A stretch of DNA of 64,000 bases from contig NC_090414.1 in the NCBI RefSeq assembly GCF_036365525.1, positions 20,173,846 through 20,237,845 of the forward strand. The letters are read 5' to 3'. The stretch comes from Heterodontus francisci (Eukaryota). Of this stretch, positions 62,656 through 64,000 are shown piece by piece. The first letter of the stretch is position 1. Each line of letters opens with the position of its first letter. Below the pieces are notes generated by a model that was not told the origin of the DNA, did not search any database, and worked only from the letters and a program-made list of their open reading frames with translations. Both the position numbers and the translations under genes were made by a program.

Positions 62656-64000
62656 ATTGGATCATTGGGATCTCTTCTGGTGCAGAGGTGACCTGTACAA
62701 CAAGGACGGGTTGCGTCTAAACTGGAAGGGGGACCAATATCCTTGCGGGCAGGTTTGCTAGTACTACTCGGGAGGGTTTAAACTAGTCTGGGAGGGGGTT
62801 GGGACCCAAAGTAGTAGTCTCTCCGATGAGATAGTTGAGGCAAACGTAGAGGTTAAAGCAAGCAAGTTCAGTAGGCAGGCCGGGCAGGGGCAGGACAGGG
62901 AGCGTGGAAGGTCTGGTAGGCTAAACTGCATTTACTTTAATGCAAGAAGCCTTACAGGTAAGGCAGATGAACTCAGAGCATGGATCAGTACATGGGATTG
63001 TGATATTATAACTATTACAGAAACATGGTTGAGGGATGGGCATGACTGGCAGTTCAATGTTCCGGGGTACCGATCTTTCCGGCGTGACAGAGGTGGAGGT
63101 AAGAGAGGAGGGGGAGTTGCACTATTGATTAGGGAGGACATCACGGCAGTAGTAAGAGAGGATATCCCGGGGGAAATGTCCAGCGAGGCCATATGGGTAG
63201 AAGTTAGAAATAAGAAAGGGGTGATCACTTTGATGGGATTATACTATAGGCCCCCCAATAGTCAGAGGGAAGTGGAGGAGCATATATGTAGGGAAATCAC
63301 AGATAGGTGTAGGAATTATAGGGTTGTAATTTTAACTTCCCTAATATTGACTGGGACTGCCTTAGTGCTAAGGGATCAGAAGGGGAAGAATTTGTTAAGT
63401 GTGTCCAGGATAGTTTTCTGAAGCAGTATGTGAATGGCCCTACTAGAGAAGGGGCTACACTCGACCTCCTCTTAGGAAATGAGGATGGGCAGGTGGTTGA
63501 TGTGTCAGTGGGGGAGTACTTTGGGACCAGTGACCGTAACTCTATTAGCTTCAAGATAGTTATGAAAAAGGATAGGACTGGTCCTCAGGTTGAAGTCCTA
63601 AATTGGGGGAAGGCTAATTTCGATGGCATCAGACAGGAACTCTCAAAAGTTGAATGGGAGAGGTTCTTTACAGGTAAAGGGACGTCTGGCAAGTGGGAGG
63701 CTTTTAAAATTGAGATAGGAAGAGTTCAGGGCCGGCATGTTCCTGTTAGATTAAAGGGCAAGGCTGGCAAGTTTAGGGAACCTTGGTTGACGAGGGATAT
63801 TGAGGGTCTGGTCAGGACAAAGAAGGAGGCATATGTCAGGTATAGGCAGCTAGGATCGAGCGAGTCCCTCAAGGAGTATAGGGGATGTAGGACTACACTT
63901 AAGAAGGAAATTAGGAGGGCGAAAAGGGGCCATGAGATTTCCCTGGCAGATAAGATAAAGGAGAATCCTAAAAGATTCTATCAGTATATTAAGAGTAAAA
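62656..64000 (+). mobile_element. CR1 LINE: ORF1 esterase end and ORF2 APE start, truncated by the window edge
   Basis: DLYNKDGLRLNWKG (SGNH-like), YFNARSL, ITETWL, FRRDRGGGKRGGGVALLI, YYRPPN, KENPKRFYQYI. Confidence 0.93.

Noticed and set aside
58608-62720. 1370-aa Cys/His-rich ORF
   Set aside because: It is a translation of a 48/45-bp satellite starting at GTG; the 3-nt indels are explained by CAGCAG slippage rather than coding selection.

Overview
Vertebrate genomic DNA, most likely from a cartilaginous fish (inferred from the CR1, V-SINE/DeuSINE and Penelope repeats and the minisatellite families). Exons were read by hand from splice sites and translations. Left to right: a Dact2-related gene, probably Dact4 (minus, 3 exons, last exon outside the window); a complete MAP1LC3C-like gene (plus, 4 exons); a decayed Tx1 LINE; a 4-5-copy local duplication carrying an unidentified ~32-codon repeat motif, interrupted by a CR1 LINE that holds a 187-bp solo LTR; the 3' exons of BSCL2/seipin (minus); a 200-N gap; exons 1-8 of a divergent SEL1L paralogue (minus; signal peptide, FN2, Sel1 repeats); a TATA/5'TOP host transcript with two SNORA57-like H/ACA snoRNAs; a complete GNG3 CDS (minus); several minisatellites; and a CR1 at the right edge. 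Most notable: the SEL1L paralogue in the GNG3/BSCL2/Dact4 neighbourhood, three single-base homopolymer frameshifts near the gaps, a candidate minimal hammerhead ribozyme in a Penelope tail, and the unidentified repeat-motif duplication. Gene names rest on recalled similarity to known proteins and RNAs, not on database searches. Most long ORFs in the supplied track are repeat artefacts.
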